Shown here: piece by piece, positions 8,711 through 18,063 of the stretch
Position numbering within the stretch: position 1 is the first letter of the stretch
How the letters are laid out: each line of letters starts with the position of its first letter
From: an archaeon
Lineage (GTDB): Archaea > Halobacteriota > Syntropharchaeia > Alkanophagales > Methanospirareceae
Length of the DNA stretch: 33,345 nt
NCBI GenBank assembly: GCA_030019325.1
Contig: JASEFB010000003.1
Coordinates: 1-33,345 of the forward strand
Direction of reading: 5' to 3'
Notes under the pieces: model-generated
The model's database searches: none
Seen by the model: only the letters and a program-made list of their open reading frames with translations
Told to the model about the DNA's origin: nothing
Program-made: the position numbers and the translations under genes

Positions 8711-9448
8711 CTACTCTTGTTCTGCCTCTTTTTCTATAAACTCAACGCTCAATGCACATTTATTCTCATTTAAGGATTGTAACAACAGTTGATCCTCTCT
8801 TATTTTCGTGATAATATCGGGATATGAGGAGAGCAACACAAAGAAAAAAGCATCCATTACTCTATTGGTAAACTCCATGCATTTGTAAAACAGTTCTTTG
8901 TTAAAGGCTAAAGTAACACGATAATCTACCTCTCCCTCCTCGATGGTTGGTCTTAGCTCTTCATATGAGCTATGGACGTATTTAGATAAATCAGAATATA
9001 ACACTTTCAATTCATTTTTATGCTCTAAATCAGTTCTATCGATCAATCTTCCTCCTATCAACTTATCTATTTCTTTTATAATCTCTAATTTACATCCTAT
9101 CATTGCCTCTGGATGTTCTCTATCGATGTAATAAGCTTGAAGAGCAGATTCCAAGATGTATCGGAGTTCACGAATGGATTGGTGATAAGCACCAGACAAA
9201 ACACTGAAATGTAGCCAAAAAAGTTGTTTCGTGAGTTCAAAGAATCGAAAGAATAACAGACCGTTATACTTTTCGAATTCTGACAATGAACTCATAAAAG
9301 GCCTGATTAAGTCTATCCAATTGTTATAGTGCTCAACCCACGTGACATAGTCTTTTTCTGGTATCTCCTCTTCAGTCTCTTTGCGTATCTCTCGAGCCAT
9401 CTTTATTAACTGAGCAAAGAGGCTGTCCCGATGTCCTTTTTCTGTCAT
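8711..9448 (-). CDS. Hypothetical all-helical protein, HEPN-like (DUF5677-like)
   Basis: GAYHQSIRELRYILE and LYSDLSKYVHS patterns resemble divergent HEPN families. Confidence 0.55.
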   Translation of the reverse strand: MTEKGHRDSLFAQLIKMAREIRKETEEEIPEKDYVTWVEHYNNWIDLIRPFMSSLSEFEKYNGLLFFRFFELTKQLFWLHFSVLSGAYHQSIRELRYILESALQAYYIDREHPEAMIGCKLEIIKEIDKLIGGRLIDRTDLEHKNELKVLYSDLSKYVHSSYEELRPTIEEGEVDYRVTLAFNKELFYKCMEFTNRVMDAFFFVLLSSYPDIITKIREDQLLLQSLNENKCALSVEFIEKEAEQE

Positions 9449-9487
9449 CTTATAATTCTCCCGCTATTTCAAAGTATATTCTAAGTC

Positions 9488-9871
9488 TCATTTCATCTCC
9501 TTCTGAATTCTTTTAACCAATTCTTTAGCCGCAATCAAGGATTTCTTAACCTCTTCTTTATCAGGTTGAGGAAAAAAGAACGGATAGCGTTCCTCAATAT
9601 AATAGGGATTGATTCGTTGACAGATATCACGGAATTGCTCGAAATTGGTATCAAATTGAACTACTTCGTCCAAAAGTCTTTCTAAATCGTGAACGGGCTT
9701 AAATTTCCAGCCCTTTGATAATAGATATCCTTTCAGGTATTTCTCGATGGCTTGTTGTAAATGGAATGTAGCATCCTCTGTATCGCCGTTCGCAAGCCGT
9801 TTTTCGACCCTTTCCAGATCCTTATCAGCTTTATCAAGCCAATCTTTCCAGTAGCGAGATTCCTTAGCCAT
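9488..9871 (-). CDS. HEPN domain protein (partner of the upstream MNT domain)
   Basis: WLDKADKDL, FHLQQAIEKYLKGYL, HDLERLL, YIEERYP; ATG 9871 overlaps the upstream stop (ATGGCTAA). Confidence 0.88.
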   Translation of the reverse strand: MAKESRYWKDWLDKADKDLERVEKRLANGDTEDATFHLQQAIEKYLKGYLLSKGWKFKPVHDLERLLDEVVQFDTNFEQFRDICQRINPYYIEERYPFFFPQPDKEEVKKSLIAAKELVKRIQKEMK

Positions 9872-12800
9872 ATAGAACTTTACCCCTTGAAATGATTTCC
9901 TGAAGGAATTGATCTCCACTATCAAGCCGGGATTTCAATTCTTGAGACGTAATAACAAAGATATCAACAGCATAGCCTCTTCTAAGAGGTGAAATAATTC
10001 GTGCCGCATTTACTATCCTATCATGAGGTTTTTCGTTGGTCTCCTTAATAACCAAGAGGTCAATGTCGCTGTCTTCATCGGGCAAGCCCCATGCATAAGA
10101 GCCGAATAAAATTATTTTCTCCGGGTTATAACGTTCTTTTAACTTATCAGCGATAAGGCGAATTGTTTCCTCGGTCTTCGCTTCACCACCCAAAATGATC
10201 CATTCCACGCACTTTTTAGCTTCCTCCAGAATTTCAGTAGCCTCTTCTCTCAGTCTTTTAGCAAGTCTGCGCCTGCGTTGGACCTCTTCTGCTATTTCTT
10301 CTTGGATTTCAAAATCGAGTTTTGGTATTAGTATTGAATTAATAACATCCTTTGTTATACCTGTCTGTGCCGCACCTGTTATCCTTCTTTGAATTTGCAT
10401 CTGTCCTGCGGCACCCTGCAAAAATGAGAAAACATAGTAAGGCTCTATGTTATCTTTTACTTGAATTAAGAATATATGCTCATTTATGTTACATTCATCA
10501 TACGGAAAGTCCGGAAGGATAATACCTACTTTTCCCGTGGTAGCTCCATCTTTTACCACAAGGATATCCAGAGGTCTTACAGACGTTTTGCTATATTTTT
10601 TATGAAAATCCAAAGGAACGTACTTTAAATCTTTTGTTTTGATTGTTCCGTCAGCATTGACATGTTCACCCCCTAAACTCGGAACACCATTTTCAATATT
10701 TCTAACCCCTCCTTTTGGTCGTTGGCCACTCATAATTGTGCTTGTTATTTCTTTTAACGATAATATGTCGCTTCTCCCTTCCAATTGTTTAATAAGTTCT
10801 TTAAATCTTGGCAAATAGTAAAAAGGGTCGTGCCTCTTCCCTTCTTTCACATCCTTCAAGGTAACAACAAAGCTCTTCCTCTCCTCTACTTCTGGAATTT
10901 CTATGCCCAGCTTGCCCAAGACATAATCGTTTATCCCCGTAAGTAAATCTTCAGCCTCTTTTAACTTCTCTTTTCTCTGCTTATAGGCTTCTTCCATTAT
11001 TTCCGCAATGCGGTCCTGAATTGGAGATTGTATTATTGGGATTTTTATTTGTCCAACTTCTTCTAAATTGATGTTTGCACGAGCAACTGGTCTTTTAAGG
11101 CGGTCTAATTGAACTTGACCAAACTTACTTCTCAAAAAATGAAGTACATAATAGGGATTAACTATCTCCTCTTTTAGTCTAGCACAAGCAATTGCCTGAT
11201 TAATATTGGCTTCTATTTCATCGCTAAAAATAGAAACTTTTCCTATGGTTGCTCCGACTATTGCAATTAATAAGTCATTTTTCCTGAGTTTTGACCTTTT
11301 TAATGCTTTATCGTGGATTTCTCTTTTAATAAATAGCACATCATCATAGTTTATGATATTTTCATCGGTTAGATCTCCACTTCTTATGAATGGGATACCC
11401 CTGTCCTTTCCAACATAAGCATCTCCTTTTGCTAAAGGTGTTGCTCCACTATTAATTGAAGCCGAAATTTCCTTTAATGTTTTTAACTTGCATTTCCTTT
11501 CTATTTCACTTATAATAGATAAATAAACAGGTTTATAGTAGCGTGGGTCAAACCTGTCCTCTAACTCACTTTGTCTCACCACAAAAGCAATTGGAGAATT
11601 ACTAAAATTTCTCTCACCTTCCTTAAAACCCTCCCAATCTTCCAAAATCTTTGGAAAATCGTTCTCGTCAGATCGCCCAGTTGCATCGTATCCTACATGC
11701 TCAGCAATAGCCATAAAAATAGGGTAATCGCCCATTTCTTCACCTTCTCTCTTCTTCTGCAGGAACACCAAAGACGCCTTCACGCCAGAACCACTTGGAA
11801 CAAAAGTTTGTTGCGGTAGAGAAATAACAGCTAAAATTCTCGCTCTTTTATCAATGAAATCACGAACATATTGCAGTGAGGAGTTAGTTAAAATCCCATC
11901 AGGGAGAACAATTCCCATCTTCCCCCCGGGGCGCAAAAAATCCAAGCATCGCTCGATGAACAAAATCTCGGTCTTTTGCGTTTTCCTCTTCTTGTATTTC
12001 GAACCGAGTTCATAAATCTTCAAAATCTTCTCGTCTTTTGCCACCGCGCCAAAAGGGGGATTCGTGAACACTAAATCGTATTTCTTTGGTTGAATCTCAT
12101 GTCTTCCAAACGTATCATACGCTTGCAGTGCATCGGCACATGTAATATTTGTGTGCCCATCATGATGAATTACCATATCCATCATAGCAATTCTCGCTAT
12201 GCGATCGTTAATCTCGATTCCATAGATGTGCCGGATTGCAAAATCTCTCGCTGCTTCGCTGTCTTTGCCATACTCCTCCCTAACTTTCTTCAAAGAGTAG
12301 AGCAGGAATCCACCGGAGCCACACGCTGGATCCATGATATAATCCTCGGCATCTGGCTCCAACATTTCTACCATGAAATCCACTATCTGACGCGGTGTAA
12401 AATATTGACCTGCGGAACCTCTGAAATACCGGTCCAAGAATTTCTCAAACGCTCTTCCTTTCGCATCCAAATCCGTCTTCGATAGCGAAATATCCTGCAA
12501 AATCTCTACTATCTTGTAAATCCTTTCGTCAGATAGCTCTATTAATTCTCTGAAAACGCCGGGCTCTCCTCTTTGTGCTCTCCCATATATCTCCTTAACT
12601 CTTCTCGCTACCTCAAAATCAGTTTCATTCGTTCCTATTTGAAACTTATAAAATTCTCCTTCCCTTGTAAATCGTTCATCATGAATCTTAGCAAACATTA
12701 GCTTACTCATCTCATCGAAAGAAACGGCAGGGTCTCGTTTACCACCTTCCCAAATCTCATCATGACACCTCTGGAATTTATTGTGCAGTTCATTAAGGCT

Positions 12801-13352
12801 CGCCTCTTTGAGGTCGAAAAACACGCCGCCTCCCTTTTTATACCTGTATTTCGGTAATTTTCCATAGGCTACAGGTATTTGTGGAACTCTTTTGCTCTCC
12901 AAAGTTTGTAAAGAGGGGTTTTCTTCGACATCATAAGCCATTTCCTCCTCTCCACAAACCACAAATAAATATTTCGCACCTAACAAGTTTGCGTTCCCTA
13001 AACCCTCCTTTTTACCTGTTTCAATTTCATTCCCCGAAGAGGTTGCTTTTGTTTCAACAACGATGAAGACCTTCTCATGTTCATCATCTTCATAAACCAC
13101 CACATCAGCAGGATAAGGTGGCGCTCTACTGGGTGGATAAACTTCCGTGTCTATCCTACTCGCTGGATATTTGTATTTTTCAATGAGCTCGACATAAACT
13201 CTTGCCCTAACTGGCTCCTCAGGGTCGGTAAATTGATATGTCTTCTTCTCCTTCGTGCCTTCGTAAGTTATTCTCCCGTCTCGTATCGTTATGAGCTTCT
13301 TTTCTTCGCCTGCTGCTAATATATCTTCTGTGGTTTTGAATTCTCTTGGCAT
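9864..13352 (-). CDS. Single-chain restriction-modification enzyme (HsdR_N-type nuclease + N6-adenine MTase + two HsdS-type TRDs; type IIB/IIG-like) fused to a C-terminal MNT domain
   Basis: EEPVR...ADVVVY...IVVETK nuclease; GQYFTPR, DPACGSGGF, NPPF; two TRD/coiled-coil units; C-terminal FGSYAWGLPDEDSDIDLLV. No helicase motor motifs seen. Confidence 0.88.
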   Translation of the reverse strand: MPREFKTTEDILAAGEEKKLITIRDGRITYEGTKEKKTYQFTDPEEPVRARVYVELIEKYKYPASRIDTEVYPPSRAPPYPADVVVYEDDEHEKVFIVVETKATSSGNEIETGKKEGLGNANLLGAKYLFVVCGEEEMAYDVEENPSLQTLESKRVPQIPVAYGKLPKYRYKKGGGVFFDLKEASLNELHNKFQRCHDEIWEGGKRDPAVSFDEMSKLMFAKIHDERFTREGEFYKFQIGTNETDFEVARRVKEIYGRAQRGEPGVFRELIELSDERIYKIVEILQDISLSKTDLDAKGRAFEKFLDRYFRGSAGQYFTPRQIVDFMVEMLEPDAEDYIMDPACGSGGFLLYSLKKVREEYGKDSEAARDFAIRHIYGIEINDRIARIAMMDMVIHHDGHTNITCADALQAYDTFGRHEIQPKKYDLVFTNPPFGAVAKDEKILKIYELGSKYKKRKTQKTEILFIERCLDFLRPGGKMGIVLPDGILTNSSLQYVRDFIDKRARILAVISLPQQTFVPSGSGVKASLVFLQKKREGEEMGDYPIFMAIAEHVGYDATGRSDENDFPKILEDWEGFKEGERNFSNSPIAFVVRQSELEDRFDPRYYKPVYLSIISEIERKCKLKTLKEISASINSGATPLAKGDAYVGKDRGIPFIRSGDLTDENIINYDDVLFIKREIHDKALKRSKLRKNDLLIAIVGATIGKVSIFSDEIEANINQAIACARLKEEIVNPYYVLHFLRSKFGQVQLDRLKRPVARANINLEEVGQIKIPIIQSPIQDRIAEIMEEAYKQRKEKLKEAEDLLTGINDYVLGKLGIEIPEVEERKSFVVTLKDVKEGKRHDPFYYLPRFKELIKQLEGRSDILSLKEITSTIMSGQRPKGGVRNIENGVPSLGGEHVNADGTIKTKDLKYVPLDFHKKYSKTSVRPLDILVVKDGATTGKVGIILPDFPYDECNINEHIFLIQVKDNIEPYYVFSFLQGAAGQMQIQRRITGAAQTGITKDVINSILIPKLDFEIQEEIAEEVQRRRRLAKRLREEATEILEEAKKCVEWIILGGEAKTEETIRLIADKLKERYNPEKIILFGSYAWGLPDEDSDIDLLVIKETNEKPHDRIVNAARIISPLRRGYAVDIFVITSQELKSRLDSGDQFLQEIISRGKVLYG
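10071..10169. repeat. ~100-bp direct repeat, copy 2
   Basis: Partner of 6181-6279, offset 3890 bp. Confidence 0.92.
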
Positions 13353-13353
13353 T

Positions 13354-14367
13354 TCACCCCTCCTTCATCAACCCTTCATCTACAAAACTCGTATAACCAT
13401 CGCCACCTATAATGATATGATCTAAGACCCTTATCCCTACTAAATCGCATGCTTGAACCAAGCGATTGGTAATCTCAATATCCTCCTCACTTGGCTTTGG
13501 CTCCCCGCTTGGATGATTATGCACGAAGATTACCGCCGCAGCAGAATCCTTTATTGCCTCCTTTATCACTTCTCGTGGATGCACGACACTTGCTGTTAAG
13601 CTTCCTTCTGAAATTGTTATATCGTTAATTATTTTATTTCTTCCGTCCAACAGCATGACTTTGAATACCTCTTTCTTTAAATCTCTTAGATAAGGTTTGT
13701 AATAATTGACTACATCGTCAACCGATTTAATCTTCCTTCCTATTTTGGTCTTCTCCCTCAAAAAGCGTTTGCCTATCTCCAAAGCTGCTTTTATCTGCGC
13801 TGCTTTTGCCATGCCAATCCCTTCAACCGAGCATAACTCCGAGAAGCTCGCAGAGTCCAAGTTCCTGAAATTGCCAAAACAGTCCATCAAATTTCTGGCT
13901 AAATCCTCTGCGCTTATCCGTTTAACACCATCTCCGGTTCGTAAGATAATCGCTAAAAGTTTAGCAGGTGAAAGATTCTCTGCACCATGCTTCATCAACA
14001 TCTCTCTCGGCCTTTCTTCCTCAGGCCAATCTTTTATTGTCGGTTTGTATTCCCTCTTCTTGCTTAGCTCTTCTTTAACCCTTTCCCTAAGTAATCTGCA
14101 ATCTTCTTCTGTTTGCAAGCCCAGTTTTTCAATAGCACCATTCTTTATTATTCTCTCAAAATCCGTATTCTCGTCCTCTGCCTTTTTCAATCTCCTAAAA
14201 AAGATTTTCCCTGTTTTGCTACAGTAAGGATACGCTTTGTTTCTTATTAAGAACCCAACCAATTCTTCTCTTGTTTGCATTTGCAATACGGGCAGGTGAT
14301 TCTCTTGTTCCTTTACACATCGCCCTTCCTGAAGCGTGTCCCTTATTTTTATCTTATATTCACCCAT
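13354..14367 (-). CDS. radC: RadC-family JAB/MPN protein with ~100-aa N-terminal extension
   Basis: ERPREML...LLAIILRTG, HhH GIGMAKA, VHPREV, HNHPSGEPKPSEED, DHIIIG. Confidence 0.9.
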   Translation of the reverse strand: MGEYKIKIRDTLQEGRCVKEQENHLPVLQMQTREELVGFLIRNKAYPYCSKTGKIFFRRLKKAEDENTDFERIIKNGAIEKLGLQTEEDCRLLRERVKEELSKKREYKPTIKDWPEEERPREMLMKHGAENLSPAKLLAIILRTGDGVKRISAEDLARNLMDCFGNFRNLDSASFSELCSVEGIGMAKAAQIKAALEIGKRFLREKTKIGRKIKSVDDVVNYYKPYLRDLKKEVFKVMLLDGRNKIINDITISEGSLTASVVHPREVIKEAIKDSAAAVIFVHNHPSGEPKPSEEDIEITNRLVQACDLVGIRVLDHIIIGGDGYTSFVDEGLMKEG

Positions 14368-14445
14368 TTATACTTTTGGAAGCATTAATGATTTTATATA
14401 CACTCAATTTTTTAAAATAGAACTTAATCCTTAAAATAAGGAGGT

Positions 14446-14790
14446 ATGGAAATGATCGACGCTTATGACTTCGGTAGGATTATTGTGGATGGAAAAGCAT
14501 ATACCGGTGATGTAATTATATTCCCCGATGGGGTTAAGGCTAACTGGTGGAGAAAAGAAGGGCATGCGCTCCACAAAGAGGATATTGAATCCGTTGTCAA
14601 AGAGAAGCCTGAGGTGCTCATTGTCGGTACAGGAAAATACGGGATACTGAAAGTATCAGCCCAAACGAGGGAATATATCGAGTCACAAGGAATAGCGTTA
14701 ATCATCGAGCCAACAGATAAGGCGTGCAAAGTATATAATGAAATTTCACGAGATAAAAAAGCCGTGGCTGCACTCCACTTGACCTGTTAA
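14446..14790 (+). CDS. Mth938-like (DUF498/598) protein
   Basis: FGRIIVDG, PEVLIVGTG, C-terminal AALHLTC; GAGGT RBS. Confidence 0.88.
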   Translation: MEMIDAYDFGRIIVDGKAYTGDVIIFPDGVKANWWRKEGHALHKEDIESVVKEKPEVLIVGTGKYGILKVSAQTREYIESQGIALIIEPTDKACKVYNEISRDKKAVAALHLTC

Positions 14791-14798
14791 TACACTTT

Positions 14799-14847
14799 CT
14801 TTCTAAAGAAAGAACCTGTGCTAAGAAAGTACTTTCTAAAGAAAGAA
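14799..14847. repeat. Two copies of the quasi-palindrome CTTTCTAAAGAAAGAA
   Basis: Copies at 14799-14814 and 14832-14847; CTTTC-TAAA-GAAAG is self-complementary. Confidence 0.6.
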
Positions 14848-14952
14848 GCCGTTACAGGGCTTGCGGAGTCCTTCACCTCTGAAATCAGTTTTGGCGAAAA
14901 GGTTGATGTTGGAGATGGATTTATAATTCTTCAGAATAAAATTTTAGTAGAG

Positions 14953-15318
14953 ATGACCGAGGTTGAATTCAAGGGAATAAAGAAGATTGTAATCTTAGAA
15001 GAAGTGAAATATTCATCAGAGGAAGAATTTTATAAAGCAGTTATCCAGGAGGTCTCACCTGATTTCCCGGTAATAGTCCTATGGGCTGAAGGTGTTATCT
15101 TTAAACACACTCCTATGCTTCCAGATTTGGAGGAATTCGCTAAGAGATACGCAGATGAAGGAGTCGTTTACTGGGCTAATGTACTGTATGCAAAGAAGGA
15201 AGAGTATGAAGAGGAGAAAGAGATCGAGATGCATACAATAAAGATAATTAAAGCACCCGCCCCTGCACTTGTTGATGCAGCAAAAGCATTAAGAAAGAGA
15301 TTGGAAGAAATCAGATAG
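14953..15318 (+). CDS. Hypothetical protein
   Basis: Plausible 121-aa ORF from ATG 14953 (MTEVEFKG); no family recognised. Confidence 0.65.
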   Translation: MTEVEFKGIKKIVILEEVKYSSEEEFYKAVIQEVSPDFPVIVLWAEGVIFKHTPMLPDLEEFAKRYADEGVVYWANVLYAKKEEYEEEKEIEMHTIKIIKAPAPALVDAAKALRKRLEEIR

Positions 15319-15450
15319 ATAACAAATAATCCAAAGGAGCTTTCGATCATGATTCCTTCGGAGTCGGAAAAAATCCTGGCAGTATCACGTTCTCCAAGTG
15401 CTACTCACTCACAGTTAGCAAGAGGGTCGTGTTCTTCCCGTTCTCTTTTT

Positions 15451-15738
15451 TTATTTCTTCAAGCTCTCTAAGTACCGATCTATGTGAATCGCAGGTAGTG
15501 TCTGTACATTCATTAAGCCTTCAGCAGTCATTTCAATAGCTAATCTCATAACGAGTTCGTCACTTTCCGCTTTCAATAGGTTCACGAAATCAAAAGGACC
15601 GAAAACAGCGTACTGGCTTACTATATTTACACCCATCCTCTCCATTTCTTCATTTACTTCTTTTATCTTCTCTGGCTTGTCTCTAATTACTTTTCTACCT
15701 TTTTCCGTAAGTGTTACCAACATTACGTATACACCCAT
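15451..15738 (-). CDS. GYD-domain protein
   Basis: YVMLVTLTEKG...QYAVFGPFDFV...QTLPA; GAGGTGGTG RBS. Confidence 0.85.
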   Translation of the reverse strand: MGVYVMLVTLTEKGRKVIRDKPEKIKEVNEEMERMGVNIVSQYAVFGPFDFVNLLKAESDELVMRLAIEMTAEGLMNVQTLPAIHIDRYLESLKK

Positions 15739-15744
15739 TCTTAT

Positions 15745-15948
15745 TCACCACCTCAAAGCACATAGGCCTTGCTCAGACTTAAAACTTGTGCAAAAATTTT
15801 TATTTTTTACATCCCACGGCATGGGATCGAAAAACCGGGAGATATGTAAAAAAAAGACACCAGTGATGGCTAGGACCCTCAGCCAGTCTATATCGTGACG
15901 TCTTTCTGGCTTGCTCTCGCCCAAGGTCACCCCCGGTTTCGGGTACAT
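15745..15948 (-). pseudogene. N-terminal fragment of an acyltransferase-3 (OpgC-like) gene
   Basis: RRHDIDWLRVLAITGVFFLH is the family's N-terminal motif; the ORF ends after 67 aa. Confidence 0.7.
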
Positions 15949-15980
15949 CTCAGGTAGATTTTATTGAGATGCTGCCAGTT

Positions 15981-16139
15981 TTACTTCTTCTCTTTAAATC
16001 CATGTAGTAGCGTTAATAACCCCAGTATGGCCATGATTCCTCCGCCAAAGAACTTAGCTGCAGGACCGGTCACATATACAAAGATATATATCGCTACAAT
16101 CAAGAATACTGCTCCTAAGAAGACTTTTCCAGTATCCAT
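15981..16139 (-). CDS. 52-aa membrane protein with two TM helices (not in the ORF track)
   Basis: GAGGTGA RBS; MDTGKVFLGAVFLIVAIYIFVYVTGPAAKFFGGGIMAILGLLTLLHGFKEKK. Confidence 0.7.
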   Translation of the reverse strand: MDTGKVFLGAVFLIVAIYIFVYVTGPAAKFFGGGIMAILGLLTLLHGFKEKK

Positions 16140-16204
16140 TTTTTTCACCTCATCTTTAACTTAAACATATGGCTACATATGCATGTAAAGGTTTCCTTCT
16201 TTGG

Positions 16205-17418
16205 GGCTTCATCCCGAAAGTCAATATAGATCGAGGGACATTAGGCATCTTATCCTCGGCGGTGATAAACTATATCTTATTTAAAGAGCATATACACTAA
16301 TGGAGGATTTTGGGAGTTCCTTGCTGCTGCCAGTATGGAATTACTGGCAGTTCACCCAAAAGGGGATTCCCAAATCCTTTGCCCTTTCAATATAGAGCAC
16401 TCTTTTGATATTATACGCCAATACTTTTATTGCGAGTTCTCTCCGCTTTAGCCAACCTTTTATGCTCCTAACATTAGGCCCCCAACACCTTTTGAGGCTT
16501 GAGAACACAGCCTCTACAATGCTTCTTATGTGATACTCGTCCATCCATTCATCCGGATTGTCAGTATATGCCTTGAATGATATTTGCCACGCCGGATATC
16601 CTCTCGCCTTACCCGTAGCATTTGCCTTGAAACAGAGAAATGGCTTGCCCTTTTTGTCTGCCACCGCCTGGCAGTTGGCCCTGGAGGAATACGCCTTATC
16701 TCCAGCAGCCTTGCCGATACGGGGTAAATCTTTGATCAGCCATTTGAATTCTTTGGAATCAGAACCTTTCCAATCCGTTATCGTGAAATGCAGAATTATC
16801 CCCGTATCAACGTCAATGACGATATGGAGTTTGATATAATCTTTTTTCGTAGATTTGCGTTTTATTCTGATGTCAAGCCATTTACTGCTTGTTTTAAGGC
16901 TGAATCCAGAGCTATCCACTGCGACGTCCACCCCTCTTCGCCTCATTTGAAAGGTAACGAGCCTTGAAATCAGTCGAATATACGATGTAGGCATTTTCAG
17001 CATTCCTCGTGCTATAACACTATGCCCTGGCAGTTGTTCGAGATGTAGATGTTGCGCTACGAAGGTGTTGGTTTTGAAGTATGCTTCTATGCCATCGTAT
17101 GATCGGCTAAGGAATATCTTCATGAAAAGGCAGACGGCAACCCCAGCATGGACGACCGAATGAGTTCCGTTCCCAAGGAGGATCCACTTTTCTCACCACC
17201 GCTATTAGGGACAAGGCAACGAGGTGATCAAAGTCACGGTTCACCTGGTTGGCAAGACGCGGAGAGATTCGTCTTTTAGGCTTTCCCATAGAGGGGTATA
17301 GGTGATTTTAAATATGGTATCTTTCCCCTGCACAGTACACCAGATGAGCTTCTTGAAATAAAAATAGAGAGATGACACCCTATTGAGGGATTTCACCCCC
17401 TCGTTTTGGGATGAAGCC
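16205..17418 (-). mobile_element. IS5-family insertion sequence (IS903-like ends), 1214 bp
   Basis: TIRs GGCTTCATCCC(G/A)AAA at 16205-16219 and 17404-17418 (14/15 match); 9-bp TSD CTTCTTTGG at 16196-16204 and 17419-17427. Confidence 0.9.
16341..17289 (-). pseudogene. IS5-family DDE transposase, frameshifted near 17140
   Basis: VAVDSSGF, KLHIVID, GDKAYSS, YHIRSIVEAVFSSLKR; the N-terminus (17289, ...GRPCW) is in a different frame from VAVCLFMKIF... Confidence 0.85.
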
Positions 17419-17712
17419 CTTCTTTGGTAACGGTTCGGGATTCGTGAAGGGAGCAAAATAAGTTCGTCCAAAATCCAGTTCTCACCACTTATTTCATGGC
17501 CGTTTCGGATTTTAAAAGTGTTGACTTTTTTCTACGCTTCGTTCATAGCCGCCTCGGGTTTCGGGTTCAGTATTTTTTGATGCGAAGGTAAAAAGTAAGG
17601 CTCAAAACTCATAAAATATTCTTCAGTTGTAGAATCTAAAGTAGCTATTTTTCCCGGGACGGAAGAATATGCACCGACACGTGAGGTGTTTTTCAGGGTT
17701 TGTAGAGCCCTG

Positions 17713-18063
17713 TTATATAAAATAAGATTGACTACACTCCTTATAGCATCTCTCCTTAAATGGGCATCCTTCCCCTGTCCAGCAACTTAGATATGCAGAT
17801 TCGTATTTTGGTTCGATTTTATCGCAGAAATCCCAGGGTCTTATTAACCGCTCATTGCAGTACCTGACACTCCCATCTTTGATACCTTTGATGAGTTCAT
17901 TCATGGATTCTGTTATGGAATACTTCCATGAAGGTATCCTGATTTCTCTACCACCAAATTCGAAAATAATCTCTTCACCAGTGAATTCCTTTTTTACATC
18001 AAAAACAGCTTGTTTTATCTTTGCAAATTTCCACTGGTTACAGGAATAGCAACAACCTTTCAT
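17713..18063 (-). CDS. Hypothetical Cys-rich protein
   Basis: 116 aa with 9 Cys including CCYSC and C-x5-C-x5-C-x3-C. Confidence 0.55.
   Translation of the reverse strand: MKGCCYSCNQWKFAKIKQAVFDVKKEFTGEEIIFEFGGREIRIPSWKYSITESMNELIKGIKDGSVRYCNERLIRPWDFCDKIEPKYESAYLSCWTGEGCPFKERCYKECSQSYFI

Noticed and set aside
9864-13352. Classical three-subunit type I R-M system
   Set aside because: No HsdR helicase/motor gene or DEAD-box motifs in the window; nuclease, MTase and TRDs are in one chain.
17694-17712. CAGGGTTTTGTAGAGCCCTG as an IS end
   Set aside because: No matching partner end was found; it is a local hairpin just after a stop codon.
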